In this document: one piece after another, positions 53,902-64,000 of the stretch | Numbering within the stretch: the stretch's first letter is position 1 | Layout: each line of letters begins with the position of its first letter | Assembly (NCBI GenBank): GCA_040768745.1 | Contig: JAXGMI010000001.1 | Coordinates: forward strand, 864,001-928,000 | DNA length: 64,000 nucleotides | Direction of reading: 5' to 3' | From: Desulfomicrobium sp. | Lineage (GTDB): Bacteria; Desulfobacterota; Desulfovibrionia; Desulfovibrionales; Desulfomicrobiaceae | Translations under genes and position numbers: made by a program | The notes under the pieces: generated by a model | What the model was told of the DNA's origin: nothing | The model's database searches: none | What the model saw: the letters and a program-made list of their open reading frames with translations, nothing else

Positions 53902-55836
53902 TCAGAACACCCCCGCCAGCAAGATGATCAGAATTCCGACGGCTACCAGATTAATCCAACTGGATATCCTGGTTTCGCCAATGAGATTTTCCATGTAGTA
54001 GTTCGTGGTCTTGAAGTCAGCCCAGACACCCAGAGGACCTTTGAATCCCAGGCGCCGTGAGTCGGTCGGATCCTGCAGGCCGCAGACGTAGGGCGTGACA
54101 TAGGATCCTCGCTTGAAGAATCCTTTGGCCGAAGACACGCGGGCAGCGTAAATGACGCCAAGAGCCAGGATGACGAACACGGGATACAGCGCGAACATTC
54201 CTATGTTGTTGGAAATCATCCCCTGGGCAGCAACGTAGAGGTCCGCGGAGTAAAACCGCTCCAGAACCGGCAGGACCATGGCGCTGTAAAGGCCGGGCGC
54301 CACAAAGCTGATGATGATGGCTGATGTCGCCAGGAAGACCAGGGGTACGCGGATCAGGGACGACTGCTCCTCGGCCTGCAATCCTTTCTCCGGCACGACG
54401 CTGGTCATAATCAAACCCAGCCAGCGGCCCCAGAAAACCATAGTCAGGGCCGAGCCCATGGCCAGCATGAGCACTACCAGGGGCAGGTGGGCGGAGGCTT
54501 CCACCGCCATCCACTTGGACAGCAGGGCGCCGAAGGGCGGCAGGAACATGGTCACGATGCCGACCACGGCAACCATGGCTGTCTTGGGCATGACCCCCAT
54601 GAGTCCGCGCATGTCTTCGATGTCGCGGCTGCCGATCTTCTGCTCGATGGTGCCGACGCAGAGGAACATGAGACCCTTGGAAATGGCATGAAAGACGATG
54701 AGCAAGATGGCCGCAGACATGGCCGCCGGGGTGTTGATGCCCGCGCAGGCCACGATCATGCCCAGATTGCTGATGGTGGAATACGCCAGGATCTTCTTTC
54801 CATTGCTCTGGGACAGCGCCAGGACGGCCGCAGCCAGGAAGGTGAACGCGCCAAAGAGGGCCACATAGGTACTGAAGAGAGTGCCGGCGAAGGCAGGAGC
54901 CAACCGGACGACAAGATACACACCGGCCTTGACCATGGTGCTGGAGTGCAGAAGGGCCGAGACAGGAGTGGGAGCGACCATGGCTCCGCACAGCCAGCTC
55001 TGGAAGGGGAGCTGGGCAGCCTTGGTGAAACCGGCGAAACAGAGCAGGCCTATGGGCAGCAACACCAGCTTGGATGCGGATTCAGCAGTGATGATTTCCT
55101 GCAAAGACAAGGGCAGGCCCTGGGACCGGAAAAGGATCATGCCGAAGACAAAGGCAACCCCGCCCAGCATGTTCATCCACAGGGCGCGGGTCGCATTTGT
55201 GACCGCGACTTCTGTATCGTCATGCTTGATAAGCATGAAGGAACAAAACGTGGTCACTTCCCAGAAGAAGTAGAGCCAGAGTAAATTGTTGGCGAAAACA
55301 AGACCGTTCATGGCGCCCAGAAAAAGAATCATAAAGAAGAAAAATCTTCCCTGCCTGGAAGCGGTGAGCTTCAGGTGATGTTCGTGTTCCTTCATGTAAG
55401 CCAGGCCATAAACGCAAATCAGGGAGCCGATGATCGAAATGACCATGCACATGATCATGGAGAACTGGTCCCCGTACAGGGCCGGTCCCATGTTTTCCCC
55501 TGGTTTCATGAACAGTTCGAGAAAGGCCAGGGGAACGAGCTGCAGGATGGTCAAGGTGGCCACCAATTTGCTTTTGAGCTGGTAGCTGATGCCGAGAATT
55601 ACGAACAGAAGCGCAAAATCGAGAACTGCGATCAATCCGTCGGGATTGATCCCGAAAATACTTTCGGGAGACAGGGAGAACGCTCCACCTTGGACCAGGA
55701 CAAGAGATGCGAGAGAGACGACCACGCCGGTCCCGATGACCAGCATGGACCTCAAGGGGGGGACATTGATCAGACACAGTACCGCCGCGATGAACGGAAG
55801 CACTATGCTGATCCCTAACATCTGCGGGACTAGCAT
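53902..55836 (-). CDS. echA: Ech hydrogenase antiporter-like membrane subunit A (NuoL-like)
   Basis: FFWEVTT, TKAAQLPF.SWL..AMVAPTPVSALLHSSTMVKAG and KKILAYST motifs; AAGGAGG RBS. Confidence 0.94.
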   Translation of the reverse strand: MLVPQMLGISIVLPFIAAVLCLINVPPLRSMLVIGTGVVVSLASLVLVQGGAFSLSPESIFGINPDGLIAVLDFALLFVILGISYQLKSKLVATLTILQLVPLAFLELFMKPGENMGPALYGDQFSMIMCMVISIIGSLICVYGLAYMKEHEHHLKLTASRQGRFFFFMILFLGAMNGLVFANNLLWLYFFWEVTTFCSFMLIKHDDTEVAVTNATRALWMNMLGGVAFVFGMILFRSQGLPLSLQEIITAESASKLVLLPIGLLCFAGFTKAAQLPFQSWLCGAMVAPTPVSALLHSSTMVKAGVYLVVRLAPAFAGTLFSTYVALFGAFTFLAAAVLALSQSNGKKILAYSTISNLGMIVACAGINTPAAMSAAILLIVFHAISKGLMFLCVGTIEQKIGSRDIEDMRGLMGVMPKTAMVAVVGIVTMFLPPFGALLSKWMAVEASAHLPLVVLMLAMGSALTMVFWGRWLGLIMTSVVPEKGLQAEEQSSLIRVPLVFLATSAIIISFVAPGLYSAMVLPVLERFYSADLYVAAQGMISNNIGMFALYPVFVILALGVIYAARVSSAKGFFKRGSYVTPYVCGLQDPTDSRRLGFKGPLGVWADFKTTNYYMENLIGETRISSWINLVAVGILIILLAGVF

Positions 55837-56104
55837 AGACGAACAACCTCCTTGCAAGAAATCCAGTCGCCAGCAACACCAATATAAAAAATCAACCGAT
55901 AATAACGGTCAATGTGCTCACTTCGGCATGTGACAAGAAACCCGGATAACTGATCGTATCCCGCAACAAGCCCCTACCCCAAAGCATGGAGCCTGTCAAG
56001 GAAGAACATGTTTATTCTTATTAATTCTATATAGTTAGCACGGATTGAACCAGCTGATCAAACAATCAGCCCCCATATCATGACGGCGCCTCCTATCTCC
56101 GTGC

Positions 56105-56893
56105 TCATCCTCCAAGATACAGGAGCCACCCCTGCAATTCCTCGCCCCAGAGCAGGGTCAGCACGGCGCCAAGGCACAAAAAGGGACCAAAGGGAATGGC
56201 CGTGCGCAACCCCTCCCCGTCCGGCCGCCGAAGATAGGCCAGGGCCACAAGGAGCCCTGACACGGCGGAGAGGAGGACCATGATCGGCAGTTTGGAGAGG
56301 CCGACCAGGGCCCCCAGGCTGAGCATGAGCTTGATGTCCCCTGTGCCCAGGGCCTCCAGGCCGCGCAGCCGCAGGTATCCCTGCTGCAGGAGAAGGAATG
56401 CGCCGGCACCGGCGATGCTTCCCCACAGGGTCTCGAACCAGCTGACAGGCAGGCAGAACGGGGTGGCCCAGGCCAGGATTGCGGCCGGATACGTCAGCAT
56501 GTCCGGGAGGATGAAGGAGTCCAGGTCGATGAAGCTGGCCACCAGAAAAATGCCGGCAAAAACCATGTACGCGACCCAAGCCAGGGACGGTCCGAACTTC
56601 AGGGCCAGGAGCAGGGCCAGGAGGCCTGATAGCAGTTCCACGGCCGGATAACGCCAGTGGATTACCCCCTGGCAGGATCGGCATCTGGCCTTCAGGATGA
56701 TGTAGGAAAAGACCGGAATGTTTTCCCACCAGGACAGGACATGACCGCAAGCCGGGCAATGTGAGCCGGGCCAGACAATGGATTGGCCTGTCAGGTAGCG
56801 ATGTACGCAGACATTGTAGAAACTGCCCAGGCAAAGGCCCAGAAACAGGGCAATGGCCGGGAAAACCCAGGGGAGGAGAAGCGCTTCGGACAT
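56105..56893 (-). CDS. pilD: Prepilin peptidase (A24)
   Basis: GSFYNV, SHCPAC, ENIPV.SY...CRSC, FIDLD..ILPD, GTGDIKL and IPFGPFL motifs. Confidence 0.93.
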   Translation of the reverse strand: MSEALLLPWVFPAIALFLGLCLGSFYNVCVHRYLTGQSIVWPGSHCPACGHVLSWWENIPVFSYIILKARCRSCQGVIHWRYPAVELLSGLLALLLALKFGPSLAWVAYMVFAGIFLVASFIDLDSFILPDMLTYPAAILAWATPFCLPVSWFETLWGSIAGAGAFLLLQQGYLRLRGLEALGTGDIKLMLSLGALVGLSKLPIMVLLSAVSGLLVALAYLRRPDGEGLRTAIPFGPFLCLGAVLTLLWGEELQGWLLYLGG

Positions 56894-56965
56894 GGCTGCA
56901 CCAGGACAGGCAAAATGGAACGATACTGCGCAAAAAAGTCAGTCACCTCGGCACGGGCCGGCACT

Positions 56966-58216
56966 TCAACCTACGCTGCTCATGACCTCGGCGGCCCAGC
57001 GCGAAGCTTCCAGAGCGGTGATGTGCACAAGGGTCATGGGCAGGCCCATGACAGTCGCCTGCATCTCCAGACCGGCCCAGTCGCCCCGCTCCAGTTCTTC
57101 AAGCAACCTGATCCAGCGCGCATTGGGGTCCTGCCTGTCTGTCAGGGCGCACTTGATGCCGCTGTCCAGGGAAACCGTGCCCAGGATGGCGTCCATGGCC
57201 TGGTCCAGGATGGCGTCCAGCAGGGAGAAAAAACCCAGCAGAAACATGCCTTCCGGGCCAAAGGGCGTGGGGTGATGGGCGGACAGGAGCTGTAAGAAGC
57301 GCCCACGCCGGGCAGACATGCCAACCAGTTCCTGGCCCTTGTCCGTCGAATTGATGTCAGACAGAATGATCACCCGCAGCCATTGCTGCAGGTTCTGCCT
57401 GCCGAGCAGCGCCACCGCGCGCTGGATGGACGTGATCCCGCAACACAGGCTGAACCGCGCGGAATTGATGTACTGCAGCAGCTTGTAGGAAATGGCCAAA
57501 TCCGCCTGGATGATTTCCACCAGCCGATTCTGGGTTGATTCCTCTTCGCTGAGTTCCTTCAGAATTCTGAGCTTGGTCGTCTGGCTGGACGAAAGCTTGC
57601 GTCCGGGAATGATCTCGGGCCGACTGAAAAAAAATCCTTGGAAATACACGAAACCCAACCGCTGGCAGACCTTGAACATATCCAGGCTCTCGACCTTTTC
57701 GGCCAGGAGGACGGCCTTGTACCGGTCAAGGCCCTTGACGACGTCCATGACCTCGGTTGGTTTCCTGTGCAGGATGTCCACCTTGATGATGTCCGCCAGC
57801 TCGCACAAGGGCTCGAATCCAGGCTCTCCCACGAAATCGTCCAGAGCCAGTACATAGCCCTTTCTCTTCAGCTCCAGGCATGCGTCCAGAACCTCGGCCG
57901 AAGGTTCCACCGTCTCCAGGATTTCCACCACGCACCTCTCCGGGGGCAGCACGTACGGGGCAGACCCCACGAGCACGTTGCGCGGGAAATTGATCAAGGC
58001 CTTTGCGCGCTTGCGCAGGCCCTGGGACGCCAGGGTAAATCCGTCGGCGATGACCTGGGTCGTGGCCTGGTCGTTGTCCGTGATCAGGGCCGCCTGGGCA
58101 TTCTCGCCGTGCCGGAAGAGCAGTTCATAGCCCCAGATCTGCATGTCCTGGGTGAAGATGGGCTGCCGGGCGACAAAAATCTTGTCATAAACGTGGTCGG
58201 AACGATTTTCCGTCAT
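56966..58216 (-). CDS. EAL-like + HDOD domain signalling protein
   Basis: FVARQPI, GYELLFR, LALDDF, LAEKVE and FQGFFF, then HDOD-type SYKLLQYINSA and FLLGFFSLLDA. Confidence 0.88.
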   Translation of the reverse strand: MTENRSDHVYDKIFVARQPIFTQDMQIWGYELLFRHGENAQAALITDNDQATTQVIADGFTLASQGLRKRAKALINFPRNVLVGSAPYVLPPERCVVEILETVEPSAEVLDACLELKRKGYVLALDDFVGEPGFEPLCELADIIKVDILHRKPTEVMDVVKGLDRYKAVLLAEKVESLDMFKVCQRLGFVYFQGFFFSRPEIIPGRKLSSSQTTKLRILKELSEEESTQNRLVEIIQADLAISYKLLQYINSARFSLCCGITSIQRAVALLGRQNLQQWLRVIILSDINSTDKGQELVGMSARRGRFLQLLSAHHPTPFGPEGMFLLGFFSLLDAILDQAMDAILGTVSLDSGIKCALTDRQDPNARWIRLLEELERGDWAGLEMQATVMGLPMTLVHITALEASRWAAEVMSSVG

Positions 58217-58225
58217 CGATGGCAG

Positions 58226-59278
58226 CTACGGCATGAGAGGGGCAAAGGGCAGCCCTGCGTCCGGGTCCAGGCCCAGCATCAGGTTGGCATTGGCCACGGC
58301 CTGGCCGGATGCTCCCCGGCACAGATTGTCGATGGCCGAAAGAACGATGAGCCGATCTGTGCGCGGGTCCGTGACCAGCCCCAGATCGCAGAAATTGGTT
58401 CCGCGCACCCACCTGGTTTCGGGCAGCACGCCTTGGGGCAGAATGCGGACCCACTTCTTCCCGGCGTAGAATTCCGCATAGCAGGAGCGGACCTGTTCCA
58501 GGCCGACCCCGGGCATGAGCTTGGCGTAGGCCGTGGTCAGGATGCCCCGGTTGATGGGCAGGAGATGGGTATTGAAGGACAGACAAAGGCTCCGGCCGGC
58601 GGCCAGGCCCAACTCCTGTTCTATTTCCGGGGTATGACGGTGCTTGGTCAGGTTGTAGGCGCGGAAAGTGTCAGATACCTCGCAATAGAGGGTCCCCACT
58701 CCAGCCTTGCGGCCTGCGCCGGTGGTGCCGGATTTGGAATCAATAACCAGATCCTCCGGGGCAATGAGCCCGGCCTGCAGGGCAGGATACAAGGCCAGGA
58801 TGGCCGATGTCGGGTAGCAGCCCGGATTGGCCACCAGACCGGCCCCGGCGATCCTGTCTGCGTAGAGCTCAGGCAGCCCGTAAACAGCCTCGGACAGCAG
58901 GTCGGGCTGGGTGTGCTCGACCTTGTACCAGCCCTGGTAGACGTCCTTGTCGCGCAGACGGAAATCAGCACTCAGATCGACCACCCTGGCGCCATGCTTC
59001 CGCAGCTCGGCGGCCATTTCCATGGCCGTTCCATGCGGGACAGCCAGAAAAACGAGCTCGCAGTTGGCGGCCAGAAAGGCGCTGTCCGGCTGGGTGATCT
59101 CCAGGTCGCCGAGTTCCGTGCCCTGCAGGAACGGATAGATCCGCTGCAGGGCTTGTCCGGCCTCCTTGCGGGAGGTGACCTGGGTCAGGCGCATGCCCGG
59201 ATGCCCCAGCAGGAGGCGGGCCAATTCCATTCCGGTGTAGCCGGTCACCCCGACCAGTCCGACGCGCTTCATGCCCAT
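58226..59278 (-). CDS. argC: N-acetyl-gamma-glutamyl-phosphate reductase
   Basis: GVTGYTG, DLSADFR, ANPGCYPT and IDNL.RGASGQA motifs. Confidence 0.96.
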   Translation of the reverse strand: MGMKRVGLVGVTGYTGMELARLLLGHPGMRLTQVTSRKEAGQALQRIYPFLQGTELGDLEITQPDSAFLAANCELVFLAVPHGTAMEMAAELRKHGARVVDLSADFRLRDKDVYQGWYKVEHTQPDLLSEAVYGLPELYADRIAGAGLVANPGCYPTSAILALYPALQAGLIAPEDLVIDSKSGTTGAGRKAGVGTLYCEVSDTFRAYNLTKHRHTPEIEQELGLAAGRSLCLSFNTHLLPINRGILTTAYAKLMPGVGLEQVRSCYAEFYAGKKWVRILPQGVLPETRWVRGTNFCDLGLVTDPRTDRLIVLSAIDNLCRGASGQAVANANLMLGLDPDAGLPFAPLMP

Positions 59279-59281
59279 CTC

Positions 59282-59587
59282 CTATTTCACTTTTTGCACG
59301 TACTTCATGCGCAGTTCAAAAAGCATGTCCTTCAGCAGCCGAGCTTCCTGGGGGGTGAGGTTGCCCTGGGTCTTGCGCTCCAGCATGCACAGAATGTCGA
59401 TGGTCTGCTTGGCAGCCAGGAGGTTTTCCGTGTACTGACCGCTTTCAGGCTCCGGCACCTCGCCCAACTGCACCAGGGCCGAGGAACTCATGGACAGGAC
59501 AAACGTCCCGAAATCGAGCTGGGGCAGATCAGAACAGCCACAGGACAGGTCCGCATACTTCTCGGACGCCTTTACTTCCTCGCTCAT
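59282..59587 (-). CDS. DUF1844-like protein
   Basis: DFGTFVLSMSSSALVQLGE, AKQTIDIL and KTQGNLT.QE..LL...L.ELR motifs. Confidence 0.8.
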   Translation of the reverse strand: MSEEVKASEKYADLSCGCSDLPQLDFGTFVLSMSSSALVQLGEVPEPESGQYTENLLAAKQTIDILCMLERKTQGNLTPQEARLLKDMLFELRMKYVQKVK

Positions 59588-59742
59588 CTTTCTCCCTCCT
59601 TATGCCTTCTCCACATCTTGTCAGCGTTTCGATTTTCCATACATCCTGGGAGGCAAGCCGCCAAACCTGCCAAGGCCGCCCCCTGTCCGCCGCCCTCTGC
59701 TCGGATGAGCAGAAAAGAAGCAGGCTCGACCTTGAGTCGGAC

Positions 59743-60915
59743 TCACGCCTCCACTCCGGGGTATCCGCCCTCCAGGGCTTCTTCGTATGCGCGCAAAGCA
59801 TCTTCCAGATAGGAGCGGGCCGCGGAATAGCCTCCGGCCTGGGTGAGGCCCATTTTCAGGGCGTGCAGCCCGGCCAGGACATCGGACCAGTCCACATGCC
59901 CCATGTGGCCCACACGGATCACGCTTTTTTTCAGATCGCCCTGGCCCCCCGCCATGACGACCCCGTACGAGTCTGCCGCCGTCTTGAGAATTGCACCGCC
60001 GTCGATTCCAGGCCCGAGCTTGATGGAAGTCAGCCCCCAGGTGAAATGTGTCTTGGCCAGGAGATCAAGTCCCAGGCTGCGCACTCCGGCTCGGGTCATC
60101 TTGGTCAGGGCCCATTGCTTGCGGTACACGGACTCCAGGCCCTGGGTGCGGAACAGATCGAGGCCGGCGGCCAGGCCCTGCAGCAGGTTGACCGGGGAGG
60201 TGAACAGAGTCTGGTGTTCCAGGTTTTTGTCCCGTTCGGCCAGAAGGTTGAAATAGAAATTGGCGGGCTTCACGTCCCGCACCTTGTCCCAGGCCCGGGC
60301 GCTCAGGCTCAAAAGGGCCAGGCCAGGAGGGAGCATGAGTCCCTTCTGGGATCCGGTCAGCAGGCAGTCTATGTGCCACTGGTCCATGGGGCACGGAGAG
60401 ATGCCCACGGCCGAGATGCCGTCTACCACCAGAAGCGTGTTGCTCCCATTGGTCAGCGCACCCAGCTCGCGCACAGGATGAAGAACGCCCATGGATGTTT
60501 CCGAGGCCTGGACCAAGACCGCCCTCGCGTCTGCATGCATGGCCAGGGCCTCGCCCACGGCTGCGGCCGTCACGGCCTCCCCAGGCTCCTGCACCAGCGA
60601 TACAACACGCAGGCCATGGGCCTGGGCGATTTCCCGCCACCGCTCTCCGAACTTGCCCCCCTCAACCACCACGACCTTCTCGCCCGGGGCGAAAAGGTTG
60701 GTCACGGCCGCATACATGGCTCCGGTCCCGGAACAGGACAGGGGGAGCACCTGCTCCCTGGTACCGAACAGATGCTGCAACCCGGGCTGGATCCTCTCCA
60801 TGACCCGCTTGAAGTCGGCCTTGCGATGGTGGATCATGTCCCTGGCCAGGGCCAGCCGAACGTCTTCGGGTATGGGCGTTGGTCCGGGAGTCAAGAGTCT
60901 AAGCTTGTTGAACAT
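59743..60915 (-). CDS. Class V PLP aminotransferase (serine-pyruvate/aspartate aminotransferase-like)
   Basis: LLTPGPTP, SGTGAM, ETSMGV, VDGIS, GSQKGLMLPPG and RVGHMG motifs. Confidence 0.9.
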   Translation of the reverse strand: MFNKLRLLTPGPTPIPEDVRLALARDMIHHRKADFKRVMERIQPGLQHLFGTREQVLPLSCSGTGAMYAAVTNLFAPGEKVVVVEGGKFGERWREIAQAHGLRVVSLVQEPGEAVTAAAVGEALAMHADARAVLVQASETSMGVLHPVRELGALTNGSNTLLVVDGISAVGISPCPMDQWHIDCLLTGSQKGLMLPPGLALLSLSARAWDKVRDVKPANFYFNLLAERDKNLEHQTLFTSPVNLLQGLAAGLDLFRTQGLESVYRKQWALTKMTRAGVRSLGLDLLAKTHFTWGLTSIKLGPGIDGGAILKTAADSYGVVMAGGQGDLKKSVIRVGHMGHVDWSDVLAGLHALKMGLTQAGGYSAARSYLEDALRAYEEALEGGYPGVEA

Positions 60916-60937
60916 AAATATATCCGTATGTTTCTGG

Positions 60938-63490
60938 TTACGCGTGTGCTTCGTTCCAGTCCTCGCCCACGCCCCAGTCCACGGCCAGGGGCACGGACAG
61001 CTGGTACACCGAAGACATGATCCGGGCCACCTCCTCTCCGGCAGCACTGGCCTGCGACAAGGGCGCCTCGAGCAGGAGCTCGTCGTGGATCTGCAAAATG
61101 AGACTCGCGCCTAATTCTCCGATAACAGGGCTTTTGTCCACTTCGAGCATGGCCTTCTTGATGATGTCCGCGGCCGAGCCCTGGACCACGGTGTTGATCG
61201 CCATGCGCCGAGCCTGCTGGGCCAGGTTGGCGTTGCGGGAATTGATGTCCGGGAGGATGCGACGCCTCCCGGCCAGGGTCGTCACATAGCCAGCAGACCT
61301 GGCTCCCTCCTCTATTTCCTCGTAAAACTGGCGCACCCTCGAAAGCTTGCTGAAATAGACGGCGATGAACTCTTTGGCCTCCTTGAGGCTGATGCCCAGT
61401 TCACGGCTGAGCTTCTGGGGGCCCATGCCGTAGAGCAAGCCGAAATTGATGGTCTTGGCCTTGCGCCGCTCGTCGGGACTGACCTCCTTCTTGTCGAAAA
61501 GGATGCCGGCCGTGCGGGCGTGGATATCCTCGCCGGCGGCAAAGGCCTCCCGCAGGGTGGGGTCGCCGGACATGTGGGCCAGAACCCGCAGTTCAATCTG
61601 GGAGTAGTCGGCAGCAACCAATCGCCCCCCGGACGGGGCCACGAAGCAGGACCGCATCCTGGGGCCGAGAGCGCCCCGAATGGGGATGTTCTGCAGGTTG
61701 GGGTTGCTGCTTGAAAGCCGTCCCGTGGCCGTGGCCAGCTGATTGAAGGTGGTGTGGATGCGGCCGCCGGCATCGGCCAGGGCGGGCATGGGCTCCAGGT
61801 AGGTGGAACGCAGTTTCTCGTACATCCGGAATTCGAGAATATCGGAGACGATCGGATGCTGGTGGACCAGACATTCCAGCACGGTGCTGGACGTGGATTG
61901 GGCCCCGCCCGGCGTTTTCTGTTTACAGGCCAGGCCGAGCTTGCCAAAGAGAATCTCAGAAAGCTGCTGGCTGGAGCGGATATTGAATTGCCCTCCGGCC
62001 TGGGTGAAGATTCTCGTGCTCAATCTCTCCAGCTCGCGCTGGACCTGGCCCAGAAAATCCCTGAACTTGACGGCGTCAATCCGGATACCCCGCTTCTGCA
62101 TGCGAACCAACACCTCGGTCAGAGGCTGCTCCAGTTCGCGCATGAGTGAGAGAAGCCCGGAGCCGGCCAACCTGTTTTTCATTACCCGGCCCACGGCCAG
62201 GACGGTCTGGCCAAGATTGTTCTTCTCGACCACGAGTTCCTCACCCAGACCATCCCGGAGCCGGTCCAGGGAGTAGTTGCGCTCCTCGGGGCTCAGGAGA
62301 TAGGCGGCCAGCTCCACGTCGAAAATTTCGGCACATCCGCGCAGGTCAAGACGGCCCTCCTCCAGGAGCGTCTTGTAGGAAGCGACGTGCACCACCGCCC
62401 CGGCCAGGGCCCGACCCAAACCGGGCACGGGCCCCATGTACACCAGCTCGCTCTCGTCCGTGCCCAGAATCCACTGTCCCTGGCCGGCATGAAGCCCCAC
62501 TTCCCGGCCGGCCAACGATTCCAGATCCTGCACCATGCGGGGCTCGGTCCGGACTGGCCCGGCCGCGCGGACCACCCCGGAATCCGGTGAGACGCCCCCT
62601 GCGGGGGTGCCGTCCAGAGCATCCAGGTCGGCCTGCAGGGAGCGGAATTCATAGGCGCGGAAAAAGTCCAGGATTCCCTGTTCTGCCGGGCGGAGGGCCA
62701 AATCCGAGAGATCCACGTCCGCGCAGAGGTCCGTGCGCAGGGTGGTCAGCTGCCTGTACACAAAGACCTGCTCCATGTGCGGGGCCAGGAGGGTCTGCTC
62801 CTTGGCCGTCAGCCGGCTGAAATTCTTTTTCAGGGAGTCGAGGCTCGAAAAACGGCGCAAAAAACCCATGGCGGTCTTGGGCCCGACCTTGGGTATGCCC
62901 GGGATGTTGTCGGACGAGTCGCCGATCATGGCCTGGTAGTCCGCCCATTGCCAGGGCTCCAGACCCGTCTCCGTGATGAAGGAATGCCGGGTGACGATTT
63001 TTTCCTTGCCCTGAGCGGGGTCCCACATGACGACGTCGGCATCCAAACATTGGCGCAGATCCTTGTCCGCTCCGACGATGACCACGCTGCGTTCGTCCTT
63101 GAATCTGCTGGCCAGGGAGGCAATGTAATCGTCGGCCTCCCCTGTTTCGGCCTCCAGCACCGGAACGCCCAGCAGCATGAGCCCCTCCTTCAGAGGGCCA
63201 AGCTGGGCGGCCAGCCCTTCGGGCATGCGCAACCGGTTGGCTTTGTAGCCTTCAAACAGTTGATTACGGAAATTGGGACCCGGGCCGTCAGTCACAAAAA
63301 CCAGATAGGTGGGCTGCTCCTCGCGCAACAGCTTCAGAACCAGCTTGAAAATGATGTACATGGCGCTGGTGGGGAATCCATCCGAGCGCTTGAAGTCCGG
63401 ATAGGCGTAAAAGCCCCGATAGATGAACGCGTGGCCGTCGATTAAAAAAATGGGCTCGGTCTTGAGCCCGAGCCGTACCTGCAAACGCAT
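60938..63490 (-). CDS. polA: DNA polymerase I
   Basis: 5'-3' exonuclease (LIDG, EADD, GDSSDNIPG); polymerase TGRLSS..PNLQNIP, DYSQIELR, KTINFG..YG and QIHDEL; start uncertain. Confidence 0.96.
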   Translation of the reverse strand: MRLQVRLGLKTEPIFLIDGHAFIYRGFYAYPDFKRSDGFPTSAMYIIFKLVLKLLREEQPTYLVFVTDGPGPNFRNQLFEGYKANRLRMPEGLAAQLGPLKEGLMLLGVPVLEAETGEADDYIASLASRFKDERSVVIVGADKDLRQCLDADVVMWDPAQGKEKIVTRHSFITETGLEPWQWADYQAMIGDSSDNIPGIPKVGPKTAMGFLRRFSSLDSLKKNFSRLTAKEQTLLAPHMEQVFVYRQLTTLRTDLCADVDLSDLALRPAEQGILDFFRAYEFRSLQADLDALDGTPAGGVSPDSGVVRAAGPVRTEPRMVQDLESLAGREVGLHAGQGQWILGTDESELVYMGPVPGLGRALAGAVVHVASYKTLLEEGRLDLRGCAEIFDVELAAYLLSPEERNYSLDRLRDGLGEELVVEKNNLGQTVLAVGRVMKNRLAGSGLLSLMRELEQPLTEVLVRMQKRGIRIDAVKFRDFLGQVQRELERLSTRIFTQAGGQFNIRSSQQLSEILFGKLGLACKQKTPGGAQSTSSTVLECLVHQHPIVSDILEFRMYEKLRSTYLEPMPALADAGGRIHTTFNQLATATGRLSSSNPNLQNIPIRGALGPRMRSCFVAPSGGRLVAADYSQIELRVLAHMSGDPTLREAFAAGEDIHARTAGILFDKKEVSPDERRKAKTINFGLLYGMGPQKLSRELGISLKEAKEFIAVYFSKLSRVRQFYEEIEEGARSAGYVTTLAGRRRILPDINSRNANLAQQARRMAINTVVQGSAADIIKKAMLEVDKSPVIGELGASLILQIHDELLLEAPLSQASAAGEEVARIMSSVYQLSVPLAVDWGVGEDWNEAHA

Positions 63491-63517
63491 GTGACCTCCA
63501 CCCGCAGCGTGGGAGAA

Positions 63518-64000
63518 CTATTTTTTACATCCGCAAGCGCCGTTTTCCGGTTCCTTCTTTTTTTTCTTCACTTCCGTGCTCATGTGCAGCCGCTCCCAGA
63601 TGAACTGGCTGGCATGCTGGCAGCCCAGCTTTTCCATGGCTATCTCGGCCCTGGCCATGGACTTGTGTCCACCAGCCGAGCCCACGTCCCCGAAAAGGCG
63701 CTTGGCGAACTTGCCCATGTCCCTCCGGAGCCCGTCCCCGCGAAAAACCACGATCAGCTTGTTTTCATGGATGCCGCTGACCATGGTCATGGTCAGGCCG
63801 TGCACGCGCAGGAAGAAATCCGCCAGAATGACCAGGATGTCGGGCGAATCGACCCTGCCCATGAAAATGGTGATGGTCTTGCCCATGACCCGCATCTTGC
63901 GGAAGGCCTGGGTGAAATACTTGAGCCATTCCAGGCGGAATTCCGAACGGATGATCTTGTGCAAAAGAGGCCTGCTGTAGAACTTGGAAAGATAGCGGAA
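63518..64000 (-). CDS. DHH/DHHA1-family phosphoesterase, C-terminal part (cut by window edge)
   Basis: GSAGGHKSMA DHHA1-type motif; the frame continues past the window end. Confidence 0.7.
   Translation of the reverse strand, partial: FRYLSKFYSRPLLHKIIRSEFRLEWLKYFTQAFRKMRVMGKTITIFMGRVDSPDILVILADFFLRVHGLTMTMVSGIHENKLIVVFRGDGLRRDMGKFAKRLFGDVGSAGGHKSMARAEIAMEKLGCQHASQFIWERLHMSTEVKKKKKEPENGACGCKK

Noticed and set aside
62150..62600. Degenerate 3'-5' exonuclease domain in PolA
   Set aside because: Proofreading-deficient Pol I is widespread and not unusual.

Overview
Chromosomal window from a GC-rich sulfate-reducing deltaproteobacterium. A Desulfomicrobium/Desulfovibrionales affiliation is inferred from the Ech hydrogenase operon, stand-alone IMP cyclohydrolase, CheX and several sigma-54 promoters. 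It is probably origin-proximal, since it carries parAB with three parS-like sites and the rpmH-rnpA-yidD-yidC-jag-mnmE block. Most content is housekeeping: plsY, hflX, the flgBC-fliEFGHI basal-body operon, a PilB/GspE ATPase, split hldE halves, coaBC, amtB-glnK-glnD, a MocR-azlCD-aminotransferase module, lpxK, rnr, tRNA-fMet, echABCDEF, pilD, argC and polA. The accessory hot spot is 33.1-38.0 kb around a type IV pilin gene. It holds (i) a small GIY-YIG nuclease gene inside a 1.8-kb array of 12 A and 11 B inverted hairpin repeats, where the gene occupies exactly the spacer position of one A-B unit. This suggests an autonomous/non-autonomous, REPIN-like system built on a GIY-YIG nuclease rather than a transposase, and is the top candidate for an undescribed system. 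It also holds (ii) a RAYT-like HUH transposase bounded by 27-bp inverted ends with co-varying hairpins, (iii) a pilin with a low-GC, N-X-T-rich variable domain, and (iv) a VKOR-thioredoxin fusion. Other notable points are probable non-AUG starts for hflX (ATA) and rnpA (ATT), a deletion scar behind an orphan sigma-54 promoter, and a soluble protein next to cheX resembling two MotA cytoplasmic domains without membrane helices. All homology calls are by eye from motifs; no searches were run.
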